From a virus: a stretch of DNA of 64,000 nt. The stretch spans positions 32,001 through 96,000 of the IMG/VR virus record IMGVR_UViG_3300045125_000158; one strand, written 5' to 3'. The notes beneath the pieces are model-generated. The model was not told the origin of the DNA. It was given only the letters and a program-made list of their open reading frames with translations, and made no database searches. This document shows, in pieces, positions 48,954 to 62,900 of this stretch; within the stretch, counting starts at the first letter, position 1; every line of letters starts with the position of its first letter. Both the position numbers and the translations under genes were made by a program.

Positions 48954-51514
48954 TCAATTCGCATGTTTTGCCAAAAATTTTCTATCTATATCAGGAGTTC
49001 TTCTAGAACTCATGTTCGAATTAGTTTTTACTATATACGTTATGTTCACATTTTTGTTTTCTTAAACACAAAACCATGCTTAGCCATACGCATCCACATA
49101 TCCCAATCTTCGATACAATCCAATTCACTATCAAAATAACCAACTTCCAGACACTTCGCTTTATGTACAACCCCTGATATATAAATAAATGGGCTGCGGA
49201 ACATAAATTCAACACCTGGCCACTCTTCGGGATCTGGTATACCAAAAGTATACGCTTTATTACCATTATCAAAAAGGTTATCGGCAGAACAATACGACAA
49301 ATCACATGATTCAAGATTAGATAGCTGTTCAGTTAAATAATTTTTCGGCCACATATCGTCAGAATCACAATAAGCTACAAAATCATAGTTCTGTTCTTTT
49401 ATAATTTGTAATGCAAGATTTCTGGCTGAACTAGGACCTCCATTTTTCTTTTCAATAATTGTAATTCTTGCATCTTTATTTATAATTACATGTTTTGCCG
49501 CTTTATCACTTTCAGATCCGTCATCGATAACATACAAATGCCAATCAGTATAGGTTTGTGCAATAATTGAATTTATTGAGTTGTTTACAAACGCAGCATC
49601 ATTGTAATAAGGCATTACTATGCCAACTTTTTTGGTATTTGTTTTGATGAATCCCTTTTGTATAAACAAGTTTTTATTTTCAACTACATATTTCGGAAAA
49701 TGATTATCAATATTAACGTATGCAGTTATTTTATCATTAGATCTACCAAATGAATCTATATTTGCATCAACATTTTTTGTATCTCATTCAGGTTTTTGTA
49801 TTCATCTATGTTTATTTCACGATGTGCATATGATTCAAGTTTTTCAACTATCTTTTTCGCACCGCCTAGCCAGGTAAAATGCCAGCCACCATCAATTATT
49901 TTTTGCGCAGCAGTTATTGGTCTATATCTTATATCTGTTGCATTGAAGCCATTTCGCTTCATGACTTCATAAGTAGTTATTCTGCTGAAAATTCCAGGAC
50001 CTGGAACGAATTGCGGAGACTGATAATTCAAATAGTAGTTATATTGAGTTTGTTCAAAATACATCCATTCATGTTTTCTGTCAAATTTGCCTATGGATTC
50101 AGCCCTCGGTATTTCATCAACATCTGATATTATTATTATATCTTGATCATTGCAATTTGCAAGGCCTCTTTCAATGCAATTTCTTTGATGATGCTCACGC
50201 ACCCAAGGATCATCAGTTTGTGGAATATCATCAACAACTATATGTATTATTTTATCTAAAAATTTTGCATATCTCTGCTTATTTTCCGCAAAATACAACG
50301 GTTTTGTTTTGCCTTGATGCGTGACTCTCATCTCTGCTAAAACAAAATAATCAACATAATCATATAATTCATTGAGTCTAATTTCTAGAATATCCAATTC
50401 ATTAAAAAAACTGAAACAATCAAATACCTTAGGCTTATAAGAATTGACTTTTGCTACTTCATAAGTTGTTTTGTCATTTAGCCACGACATTCCTCGCATT
50501 TCAAATCCCGTTTTGGCAAACAATCCTTCAATATATGAACGATGTGAATTGGGTATTTGAATTCGCAGAATGCCTTGCTCTTTCAATACACGATGACATT
50601 CAGTAATAATTTGCTGTGCTCTTGCTGTAGTATATTGATCTTGCAAAATAATCGATTCGACACTATTGTCGTCTAATGCAATTTGTGACGGATCAATATT
50701 TACAGGCGCAAAAATATTCTTAGCACTACATGCAAAATAACCTGACTCAGCCTGCGTGTCAGTAAAATGCAATCTCCAGACGCTTTGTCTTAAATTTTTG
50801 CAACAACTTCAATGAGTTTATTTGCAACAATACAAAATCATCGCCTCTCGTTGTGCCAGGATTGTGAAATATAGGGAAACCACCTAAGCCATATTTTGTG
50901 CCAGTATGCAAGTTGCCTTCGTAAGGAACTTGCACTAAATTGTAACCAGCATCAGTCACTTTCCATGAAAATGCCGTATCCTCACCACCACCGGGCGTGA
51001 AATCTTCATCTAATAAACCAAGTTCGTCAAATATAGATTTACGCATCATACAACAGAAAAAGATTATAAATGGCTGACCAACCTGATCGCCGCAGTCATA
51101 ATATGGACACCATCCCTTAAGAGGTCCAGTAATTCCTGCTTTAGGATCTTCTAAGAAAGGATCGCGAAGCATATTTATCCATGTGTTCTTTTCTACATAA
51201 GGCAAAATCATCGTATCATTATTCAAAAGAATAATATACTCGCCACGAGCTGCTTTGATACCTGCATTTGTTGCTCTAGGATATCCAGCCGCCTCTTCAA
51301 TCCATATCAATTTGAATGGGTCACCTAAGCTTTGTACATACTCTTTTGTACCATCAACGCAGCCATTTGCAACTATTATAACTTCAATATTAGTCAAATC
51401 AGTATTAGAAATTATACTTTCAACGCACGGTCTTAAACAATCTTCTAAATGATTATACGTCGGAATTATTATAGAAATATCTATTTTCTTGTCACCATCC
51501 TCATCTCTAATCAT
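48954..51514 (-). CDS. Multi-domain glycosyltransferase (~850 aa): GT2, degenerate MTase-like domain, GT17-like, GT2; frameshifted
   Basis: IIIPTYNHLEDCLRPC..LLNND; KVFDCFSFFNELDILEIRLNEL..SDVDEIP..GGWHFTW; IVMPYYN..VIDDGS..AYCDSDD..EDWDMW. Junctions read through in adjacent frames. Confidence 0.75.
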
Positions 51515-54500
51515 TTTTTTGCCGTAAGAAAGCCTTCACCAATGTGATTGTAATAATTCATTTCTATATCAACAAAATTATTATTAGCCAATAACCTTAT
51601 ATAATTATCTTTAGATCCATCATGTAAAGCGCTAACTATTATTTTTCCAGCATTAATAAGACATTTATTAAATTGCTTAAAAATATTGCTGTACAAATTG
51701 TAATCATTCACAATATCTAAATTCACATGCTGATCATTGAGTATGTCCCTGCAGTACAGCTCAGTTATAGAATTTTCTTGAATTTCAGGATCTATTCTGT
51801 TGTTCAATATATTTCTATATAAGGATTTATTATCAACTTTATTTATGGCACAAATTTGTACACTTTGCAATTCTTTATTAAATATATCTTGGATTTTTAT
51901 AAAATTATCTTTTGCTTTTGATTTTGCAGATAATTTTTGAATATTCCTATTACGTAATTTATATGTAGCAACAGGAGCGGGGTGGAATTTGCCATCGTAC
52001 GTATAAAAACCAAAAGGAGGAGCAGTGTGCACAACTTCAAAACCCAAATCATTTAGATATTTTAACAAGTATTTTTCTTGCTTCTTGTATTTTGGGTTAA
52101 GCTCATCATGTATCTCTAAGTAAAGGTAACTGAAAATTTTGATTGTTTCTGGATTTGAATTCAACACTATTTCAAATTCACTACCTTCACAATCCAATTT
52201 TAATATTTTCTCGCAATCCTGTTCTTTGATGTTTTTGACAGCATCAACAAACGAAATGAATTGTGCTGTCAAAACTCCATTATCATTATAAATTGTACTA
52301 CATACTGTTGCGTCACTAATTTTACACTCTGTTATAGACCCATCAAGCACACCAAGATTGAAGCACTCTACATCAAGAGACTCGTCAATCAGTTTGTTCA
52401 TTTTATTATAATTATTTATATTAGGTTCATAGAGGTATGATTTTTTTGCTCCCAATTCCAAACAACGAAGAGAAAATAATCCATTATGCACCAATATCTA
52501 ACACAATCTTATTTCGTACTTCCTCTTCTCTTAAGGCATACACATCTATATTATAAATTTCATCGTGAGAGCCGTGGTCGATTTCTTGCATTAATTTCTT
52601 TTGTTTTGCCAATAAGTAGAAGAATCACATGCAATCAGCTTTTTATTTCTATAATAATCAATATTATCTACGACAAACCTCGGTAAAGAATCGTATGTAT
52701 CACATATCTGCACATTTACATTTCTTCCTAACAAATCTTTGCCATGATTGATTGCTGCTAATAGATTTTCTTCACTTTTGATTGATTGCGTATTATATTC
52801 TACGTGAGCATAGCTTTCTAATTTTTGCTTGATATGAGCTTGATCGCCAAAATAACTAAAGTGCCAACCACCATCGTATATAGTGTTGTTATAATTATAA
52901 TCATCCTTTCCACGTATTCTTTGTATATCTCCATTTGCAATTTCAGAATAAGGCATAATACGCAACTTATACCACTTTGTGTTTGTTACAAGATAGTTAA
53001 GTTTGTAGTAATATAAATTTGTTTCAACACAAGTTAAGCCCATTTCCTTTTTATAAGATGCAACTACAGAAGCTTTTGGTATTTCATCTGCATCTGCAAC
53101 AATTATTATATCATTATTATGACATGATTTTAAGCCTCTTGCAATACAATTTCGTTGAAAATTTTCACGAATCCAAGGATCGTTAGTTTGCGGCATATCA
53201 TCTACAATAATATGTATTATTTTATGTAAAAACTTGCTGTATCTTTCTTTATTTTCACCAAAATATAGCGGCTTAGGCTTTCCTGATGCGTCATAATTGA
53301 TTCTACTAACACAAAGTAATCTACAACAGAATCGAGTTCATTCAATCTTATTTCAAGAATGTCTAGTTCATTAAAAAACATGAAACAATCATAAACTTTT
53401 GGAGTGCTCCACTTTTCAAAGAGTTTATTTCTATAGCGGTCGTAATTTCCCCACATTATATTATTATTCAACTTATATGTATATCCATGATGCATAAAAT
53501 AACTACGACTGAAATCCATAATATCAGAATTTTCGAATGCATAACTTGCATAAGGTAAAGTATAGCATTTCAATCCATGATTGTACTTGGCTTGCATGCA
53601 ATAATCTTCTACATAGCAGTGCAATTCATCAAATGTTTTACTATCAAAATCAATAGGATTTTCTTTGTTAATCAATAAACAACAAGCATCTACCCTGTCT
53701 ATTTCTTTCATAGATGTCGCATCAGACCAAACTGTATTGTTTCCGGAATCGAAACCAACCACGCCCATAGCTCCGAAGTTTTTATCCAACTTTATACTTT
53801 CCTCGATGCAATTTATAAAGTCTGGAGCAAAAGCAGTATCTTCGTGTACATACAAAATATATTTTGTTTTTGCTAAAGTTTTGATTTTATTGTAATTATC
53901 AGCTGCATGAGCTTTTTTCAACCGAAATGATATCAACTTTGTTTGCGTCTAATCTTTTGCAAACTTGGCCCTAGGAATCGATCAAACATTTCTGGATTGT
54001 GTTTGATAAAACCAATAGTCACTTTGTCTTCAAGTTCAATTCTGTTAGACTTTTTCTGAAACAAACCAACATAAATTCCGTTGCGCCAAGTTCCTACATA
54101 ATTTGTGTACCCATCTAACCATCCATCAGGCCAATATTCTTTGGGTGGCGTCTCTGAATCTAAAACAAAATCACACACCTTACTAATAGAACCAATTTTT
54201 TCTAAATCAGCTATAATTTTATATGTTGCTTTTCGAACAGTAGGCCACTGAAAATCATCTACAATAAATACAAATGTTTCGCTTAGACACGGCAAAGCAT
54301 ACTGAAGAGCTTTATAGTGATCGTCAAATCCATGCCTCCATCATAAAAAAATACATCTATTTTTGGCAGTGACTTAACATCAAAATTATAAAAATCTTCC
54401 TCAATAATTTTGTAGTTTTTAGTTGCGTATTGTTCAAGGTTTGAATGAAGGAGCTTTTTAGGGTGAACATCTGGAGTTGGCACTAACTCTTTATCAACAA

Positions 54501-57500
54501 ACTGAGAAAAATTCTCTATTATAAAAGCCTGTGTATTTTTATTATTAGACAACGCACTACAAACGGTGCTTCCCTTCCATGCACCGCATTCAAGATAATT
54601 TATTGACTGACCTTTGCATACATTATTTAGCAAGTGTCTAAAAGTTGGAGAAGACATGCCGTCTATACGCAATATTTCTTGATTTATATTTGACCTACCA
54701 GCCAAAGCATCATCTATGCATTTTTGTAACATTATTTTATCAAATTTTGTCATACTGTGTTTGTCCTGTAAATACTTAACATGCTTAGTAAGTCTTTCGT
54801 CACTATCTCCATAAATATGTCTAAATGTACCACCGCCCGCATGATAAATCGGAAAATTGCCAATCCTTTCTGCATTCCCCTTATTGTTCTCATCGTAATT
54901 TATATTTTCAGGTACCTCAACTAAAGAAAATCCGGCTTTTATTGTGCGTACACAAAAATCAACATCTTCATGATAGCCTATGCCAAAATTTTCATCTAGA
55001 TATCCTATTGCATCAAAAACTTTTTTCGCAATCATAACGCAAAAGAATAACATATATTCAGATTTTACCAACTCATTATAGGCTTTATTAGGACCAGTAA
55101 CTCCAACTTTGTCGTTCCTAAACCCCATCTGTAATAATTCAATCCAATTTGTATCCAAGACGCATGTATCATTATTCAAGAGAATTACATATTCGCCACA
55201 TGCAGCTTTTATGCCTAAGTTAGTTGCTTTAACGTAACCCAATTGCTGCTCTGACCAAATGAGTTTGAAATTAGAACCTAGACTGTTAACGTATTCTTTG
55301 GTTCTAATATCACAACCATTAGCTACAATAATAACTTCAATATTTGCAAGATTTGTATATTTTATGATACTTTCTACACATGGCTTCAAAAGATCATCTA
55401 AATGCTGATAAGAAGGTATGACTATTGAGTATTTGATTTTATTTTTTACTTCTTTTGTTTTTCCATAATCCATCAATAACAAATTTATATGCTTGCTTGC
55501 ATCAGGCTTATTGGCAATTTCTTCATCATTCAAAAATGTATATGCAAAACCAGGGAAATTAGCTTCTGTTAAGTTGTGCAGTTTATGATGATGCAGATAT
55601 TTTCCAGGATATTCATTATACGGTACGCTGATAAGCAGCCTGTGACAATGCTTCTTTAATTTTTGCAAGCTCTATTCCGTTATCCAAATGCTCTAGAATT
55701 TCAAAAGCAATAATTGTGTCATAAAAACCAAAATCCATATTATTTATGTCATCACAGATATATTTTATGTTTTGCGAACCATATTCATTTTGTGCGAAAT
55801 TAATTATATTTGCATCATAATCTACTCCTGTATAATCCAAATTATTTATATGTTTAAAAAATTGTACGCCATACCCGCTACCACATCCAATCTCCAAAAT
55901 TTTGTTACCGTATACCTTTTCTGCAGCCCAAGAATATCTAGCCGCTTCGGGCTTTCCAATCGCATCTCCAAATCCAAAAACCATGCGTTCAAAATTGTTA
56001 CTCAAAACAAAAGTACGTTCTTCGTATGAAGCAGCCAGATAATCTTGTATAACGTTAATCTTGTATCCATTTTGCAAAATTCTTTTGGTAAGAGCTTTAT
56101 CATAAGAGTGAAAACCGCCATCACACTCTGCGTGTTGTGGCAAAATTATATCATCAATTATTTTCTTTTAAGCATACAACAAGCATGCAGATAAACTTGA
56201 CTATTTGTTGTGCTGTCATAAAATGATGCAAAGGTGCTTGCTGCAACTTTTTCATCCGTAAATCCTAATCTAAGTTTGCTAGTCCATTCGTATACGTCTT
56301 GTTTGCCTAAAATGAAATTTTGCCGCATCAAAATAACGTATTCACCACTGGCCTTTTTATATCCATACTGCAGAGCATCAGCATATGTATAATTTTCAAC
56401 AAAATGTACCTGGAAATGGCGTCCTAGTGTAGCTAAATATGCCTTAGTTTTAGTGTCACAACTATTAGCAACAATAATTATTTCAGTATTCATTTCGCCA
56501 GTTGAGTTGAATAACCCATCTATACAAGCCCGCAAATACTGATCTAAATAATTATGAGCAACTAAAACAACTGAATACAGAATTTTTTTGTTAAAACCAT
56601 ATTTTTCAATTAAAATTTTCTCATTTCTATCAACTATAGAACTCCAACCATTGACGCCCTTAACTGTTGCATTTCCCCCATGATATATCGGGAACTCCAT
56701 AATGCGTTCATATAATTCTTTAGGCCTATCTAAATGCACATCAACTGGTACCTGTAAAATCTTGTAATTTTGAGCTAGCAGCCTAGCACAATAATCAATG
56801 TCTTCGCCATATCCTGGATTATATACTTCATCTAACAATCCAATTTTATTAATTATTGATTTTTTTGTCATTACACAGAAAAATACCAAAAATGGTAAAA
56901 ATGTGTTTGGATGTATTTCTTTAATTGCTCCAGTCATGCCTATGGAGTCGTCAGCAACAAAAGGCTTGGTAAGAATATCTATCCAAGTTTTATCTAATAA
57001 AACAACATCGTTATTGAGAAGGATCACATATTCGCCTTTAGCAATAGAAATCCCAGCATTAACTGCTTTTGTATACCCAAGCGGCTCAGCAAACGCATGC
57101 AATACAAAAGGCTTGCCCAGAGACACAACATACTCGTGAGTTCCATCATTGCAACCATTTGCTACAATTACGATTTCTACATTTTCTAAATTAGTATTTC
57201 TTATTATACTATCAACGCAAGGTTTCAGACAGTCTTCTAAATGGTTATATGTTGGAATTACAATTGAATATTCAATACTTTTTTTTCAGAAAAAGATTAG
57301 TCGTATCAATATCTTTCTTGGGTATATACCACATGTTAGCGTGTGATTGTAATTTTGCACCAAAAATAGCAACTACAGCCAATCGTACTGTGTCCCAAGA
57401 ATAATCATGTCCCAACATGATCCCGGTATCTTTCAATTTTGGATAATAATCACGTATGTCTTGCAGTACAGCATCAGTTGTATGATCTCCATCTATAAAT

Positions 57501-58633
57501 ATGAAATCTAAAGAATTATCTGGTATCATCGAAGCTGCAACACTCGACTTGGCTTGAATGCAAAGTTATATTTTTATCTATACCAAAATCAGATATATTT
57601 TTCAAAAATTTACTTTTAAAATCATAACCCGATGACATAATTTCCCTATGCAAATCTTCATTTAGCGTACCTTCAAATGTATCTATTGCAATTACATTCA
57701 AATTTTTTGTTCGAATAATATCCGCAACACTACAAAGAGATCGACCCTCCCAAACACCTATTTCCACAAACGTTGCGTTTGAAGGCAATTTAGACAAATG
57801 TGTTGCATATGTAAAAACATCTAAATAACTAAACCAACCATTTGGCAAAGAATCAGGATATTTTGCGGCTCTCTCAACCGTAGCATTTACCATATTCTGA
57901 AAAAATATTGCTTCGTTATATCTTTCGCGCAAAATTCTTTCATTTCTCTCTACTATTTCATTCCATTTCGGTACGCTATGAACTGTTTTGCTGCCCGGAT
58001 GATACAAAGGGAAATTTATTGTGTGATCACTCGCGTCTCTCACTCGTGTATAACTTGCATCATCTGGAACTTGAACGACTCTGTAACCGGCATTTCTTAC
58101 TTTGAAACAATAATCTATATCCTCTCCGTAGCCAGGATTGAAAATTTCGTCCAAGAAACCAATTTCTTCAATGACCTTTTTACTTATCATAACGCAAAAA
58201 ACAAAAGAAAATCATGATTTGTGTTGCAATGATAATCTTTTGCAGGACCAGTAATCCCAACCTTGTCTAAAATTTGAAATGGTCTAAGCAAAATTTCAAG
58301 CCAGAAATTTTTATAATTCACGTCAAATATAGTAACATCATTATTCAATAATACAATATAATCACCAGAAGCAGCTCTAATACCTGCATTAGTCGCACAT
58401 GTGTAGCCAGCTGGCTCATCAATCCAAATTGTTTTAATCTGATCGCCTAAAGAATTCAGGAAATCACGAGTACCATCAACGCATCCATTTGCAACAACTA
58501 TTATTTCAGCTGTTGACATATCAGTCGTTTTTAAAAGGCTTTCTATACATGGTCGCAAACAATCATCGAGATGATTGTAAGTTGGTACAATAATTGAAAA
58601 TTTTGGCTTTTGTTTTTGCGATGTAAACTGCAT
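51511..58633 (-). CDS. Giant multi-domain glycosyltransferase/methyltransferase (~2370 aa if one gene), frameshifted
   Basis: Domain order: GT2, MTase (VEIGVWEGRS, FIDGDH), GT2, degenerate GT2, MTase (LEIGCGSGYG), GT2, MTase (LECGAWKGST, FFYDG), GT2-like (YVHED), GT17-like, FkbM (LDIGA, KLDCEGSE). A TAATG near 52590 may be a genuine gene boundary before the FkbM part. Confidence 0.7.
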
Positions 58634-58684
58634 CAAATATCTCCTCTATTGGCTGATTTAAATATCGACCAATACAGAGACAGA

Positions 58685-59928
58685 TTATTTGAAGTTTATT
58701 TTTGAATTTGCAGTTCTAGTACCTAGTGCCGCTATTTGTGGTTTTGGTGTCACAGTTGTAACTGTCGGCGTACAGCACTCTTGCAGCAATTTAAATGTCT
58801 TATCAATACTTGCGCCAAGCTCGCTATTTACTGCAGCCAACTCATCAAGTGTTTTTCCAGTACTTGCTGCGATTGCGGCCAGCAAGGTCTTTTCTAAATC
58901 TGTGTAATCGCAACTTACTTGATCAGTAAGAGTTCTAGTTGCGTATTCCCAAATTTCCTTAGGCGTGATGCTTGGTTCAATATTCGTAAGAGTCCTTGTA
59001 TTGTATTCCCAAACTTTCTTAGCAATCTCAAGCCAAGTTCCCTGCTCCTTGCCCCAGCAAACTTTTAAATTACCAGTATTGGTATCAGTCAGCCTATTAG
59101 CAAATTGTCCTCGTTTCAACCATACCTCAATGAAATAATATTCATCACCAATTACGTTTGGTATATTTGTTAAATTAGATATATAATAGCTATACCAGCC
59201 TAGCCTGTTAGCATCTTCAGATAATGGAATAATAAATTCAGCATGATTATCTAAAGTATATAAAGCAAAATCATTTGTTGTTAATTTAAACGCCTTAGTC
59301 ATATCTGTTGCCGAAAACAATAAGGCATAAAAATACAAACCAGATTTGTCACTGTATGTTATATCAAATACTTCTCCGCCATTGTAAATGCAGTCATCAC
59401 AGGTATTTATTGTTGCAACAGTTTCTGTTGTGAAATCAATAAAAGCTAATAATTCATTTACGTTGCTTTGTGCGTAAAATTTTACTGCACCACGAAAATT
59501 CTGGGGCAAATTATTATATTCCCAAAGATAGTAACCATTACCAACTTCATAAAAACCAGTTGATATATAACCCGTAAAATTGGTTCCATCAGCACGACAT
59601 AGTTGCGCATATAAACTAACGCCAGTGTATCCAAGACCAAGATTTACCGTAGTAACAAATGATTTAGGCAAACAATCTGTGCTAGTGTTCACGTCAGCAA
59701 AGGCAAGTAATTCTGAAGGATTTGATGCGCGAAAATTTAACGCCACCACGAAAGTTTTCAGGAAAATTAGCATAATCCCATAAATAGTAACCCTGACCTA
59801 AATCAGCAAAACCAGTTGAAATGAGGCCAGTTACATTATAGCCATCAGATCGCATAATTCTGCGCATACAAATCTATGCCCTGATATCCAGTGCCTAAAC
59901 CTATTGAAACTGTGATTGCTTTTGGCAT
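58685..59928 (-). CDS. Putative virion protein with two tandem copies of a ~85-aa domain and WEYxTRTLT repeats, frameshifted
   Basis: Rejoined N-terminus MPKAITVSIGLGTGYQGIDLYAQ...GFADLGQGYYLWDYANFPENFRGGVKF; second copy GFYEVGNGYYLWEYNNLPQNFRGAVKFY; VWEYNTRTLT and IWEYATRTLT. Confidence 0.65.
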
Positions 59929-59949
59929 AATTTTTTATCGACTGCAAAC

Positions 59950-62900
59950 TTATGTTACTATATCACTTACAATTGGCAAACTACCACGAGGAACGCCACC
60001 AAACGCAAATCCACCAAATAAACTTGCTCCGTTTGCCGAGTTTAATGGATTTGCTGCCGAGTATTGATCCGATCCAGCTGTTGGAGTTGCGTTGCCTGTA
60101 TAATCATACGCCTCTGGTCGCGGTATACGACGATATTCGTGGAATGTTGTGAGTTTAGTAAAATCTACATCAATTGACCAGGCAGTATTACCTCTATATT
60201 TAGTGATACCGATACAAACTGGATGCACGTTATACGTATATTCTGGTGTGCTAAATATAATCTCAGTGCCTAAATATTTGTTGTTTACAAAAAATCAACA
60301 TCAAATGCAGTATCAGCTCTCGATTTGACTATCATTTTGAGATGCATCCATTCACCCGCTGTAATTGCAGATGTACCACGATTCGAAAATGGTTCAACGG
60401 TAACGGATGCTATTCGACCACCAGAACCAGCCTGCCAATAATGGTAACTTCCATTGCTAATACCGCCATAACCTTGATATAAAAATCCTACAGCAAACTC
60501 ACTTGAATCAGCCCCATTTGTAAATTCTAGGCCATTGAGAGTTGCAAGATTTCCTTTAGATACTAAAGCTATGGCCCTATATGAAATGCCACAAAAAATT
60601 CTAAATCCATCCGGTGAATTAGAAGTTGGAGCCAAAACTGGAACACGAACCATGCACTCCCATATTGTACCAGGCTTGAGTTTTATTTGCCCCGTGGCTA
60701 GAGTACCGTCAGGCTGTCCATAAAATATGTAATTATTATCACTTATGCCGGCTCCCGTAGTTATACGAATATATCCTTGAGCCTCGCCGCCATTAGGATC
60801 ATTTGCTTTTATTGAACCACTTGAAACAGAAGTTCGTAGCGTAGCAAAACCAGTGTTACCTATCATTCCAGAGTTATAACTATTTACTGAATTTGCTCCA
60901 CCTAGGAAATCATCATAAACGATTGAGACACATGTGGGATCATCGATAACTGCATCATATCCATCAACCAATATCCAACGACCATATTGGTACGCATCTC
61001 CATCATAAGCTCCCCTCACCAACTTTTGCAGCCCATTGATCATACATAAATGTGAAATAATCCCTAGGCCTCATAAGCATATCAACTCCGTATGGCGTAT
61101 AAATACGTAAACGCTTATCAGTGCATGTAGACGAATTATGCTTAATCAAAACATCATAATTACCAGCATTTTTGATATACACTCTACGACCAGGATAAGC
61201 ATCATCAAGACCGTGCAGAATGAATGGTTTTTGATAATTCGAGGCATTCCGTACCGATGGATTTATTTGTATAAAATTATGCTCTGAGCCGCCACTTGAC
61301 AATCCGAATGCAGGGATTGTTGTTGCGTTATCCAATGCAGTTGTACTGACAAATTGTCCATTTGCTATTTGCAAACATGCAGAACCTCTAGCAAATACTT
61401 GTCGGAATGCAATATCTGGTCCGTTAGGAGTATCACAGTTAAGGCTCACTGATGTTGCGGAATCTGGATTTACTGGTGCTGCTCCATTTTTGAAAATTGC
61501 CGTATTTTGATAAAACATCATCTGTGCAGGGCTGCTTACTTTCATTTGCGCAGAATTATTTAATCCTGTATCAGGCTGATTTTGTGTTGCAACTCCAGTT
61601 ATATCTTTGAACGCAACCGATCCACCGCCACCGCCGCCTGCGCCCCATCCAAACCAACCCGAGAATCCTGAAACAGCAGAAAGAAGAAGGGCTGCGCCGC
61701 TATAGCCTGAAGTGGATGGCAACGCATATGTATATGAATTTGTGAGTGCTGGAGCTTTAAATGCAACGTAATTTGTACTATTATTAGATGGATGGAATCT
61801 TACTTCTGCGTTAGCTCCATTACTGCCGATTCTTAAAAACCTTGGATCTGCAGTATTATCATAGCTAAGGCCAGCCACGTCTTGGACTACAAAAGTATTA
61901 CTTGCGTTTCCACTTACAAACAGTATGCCAGTATTACTAGCGTTGCTTATCAATGCACCAACACGTAGAACTCCACTGGCACCAGAATAACCACTAAATC
62001 CTGAATAACCGCTACGGCCACTATAACCACTAAATCCTGAATAACCGCTAAAACCAGAATAACCACTAAATCCTGAATAACCGCTACGGCCACTATAACC
62101 ACTAAATCCTGAATAACCGCTAAAACCAGAATAACCACTGAATGATGAATACCCACTGAATCCTGAATAACCGCTGAATCCTGAGTAACCTGAATATCCA
62201 CTAAATCCAGAATAGCCGCTAAATCCACTATAACCTGAGTAACCACTGAATCCACTATAACCAGAATATCCACTATATCCAGAGTAACCAGAGAAACTAC
62301 TATATCCTGAGAAACCACTATAACCAGAATAACCACTAAATGATGAATATCCACTGAATCCACTATAACCCGAGTATCCACTGAATCCACTATAACCCGA
62401 GTATCCACTGAATCCACTATAACCTGAATATCCGCTAAACCCAGAATAACCGCTGAAACCGGAATAACCAGAATAACCACTGAATCCACTATAGCCAGAA
62501 TAGCCACTAAATCCACTATAACCACTATAGGCAGAATAACCACTATATCCACTGAATCCTGAATAGCCACTATAACCGCTTGTGCCACTATTCGCAAAAT
62601 AACCCAATAAGTTTCAGTACCTTGACCGCCTGGGAAACTGCTTGTACCGCTTACTGCTGTAAGAGCAATCCATGCTACACCCTGATACACAACTATATCA
62701 TTTTTGTAATATTGCGTAGAATCACTCCACACTCCACGTATAGATATACTGTAACCAGAATAACCACTGAAACCAGAATAACCGCTGAAGCCAGAGTAAC
62801 CGCTATAGCCTGAATATCCACTAAAAGACGAGTAACCACTAAAGCCAGAATACCCACTGAAACTTGAATAACCGCTGAATCCAGAGTATCCACTGAATCC

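Noticed and set aside
42722-58633. Bacterial O-antigen/capsule locus
   Set aside because: No flippase, polymerase, exporter or initiating phosphoglycosyl transferase was seen, and the cluster is flanked by virion genes.
50759-58633. Diversity-generating retroelement template/variable repeats among the similar GT2 copies
   Set aside because: Similarity is at protein level with general divergence rather than adenine-specific changes, and no reverse transcriptase is present.
65-62813. Plus-strand ORFs in the track (e.g. 16204..16680, 28315..28791, 31548..31976)
   Set aside because: All are antisense to well-supported minus-strand genes and show no recognisable motifs.
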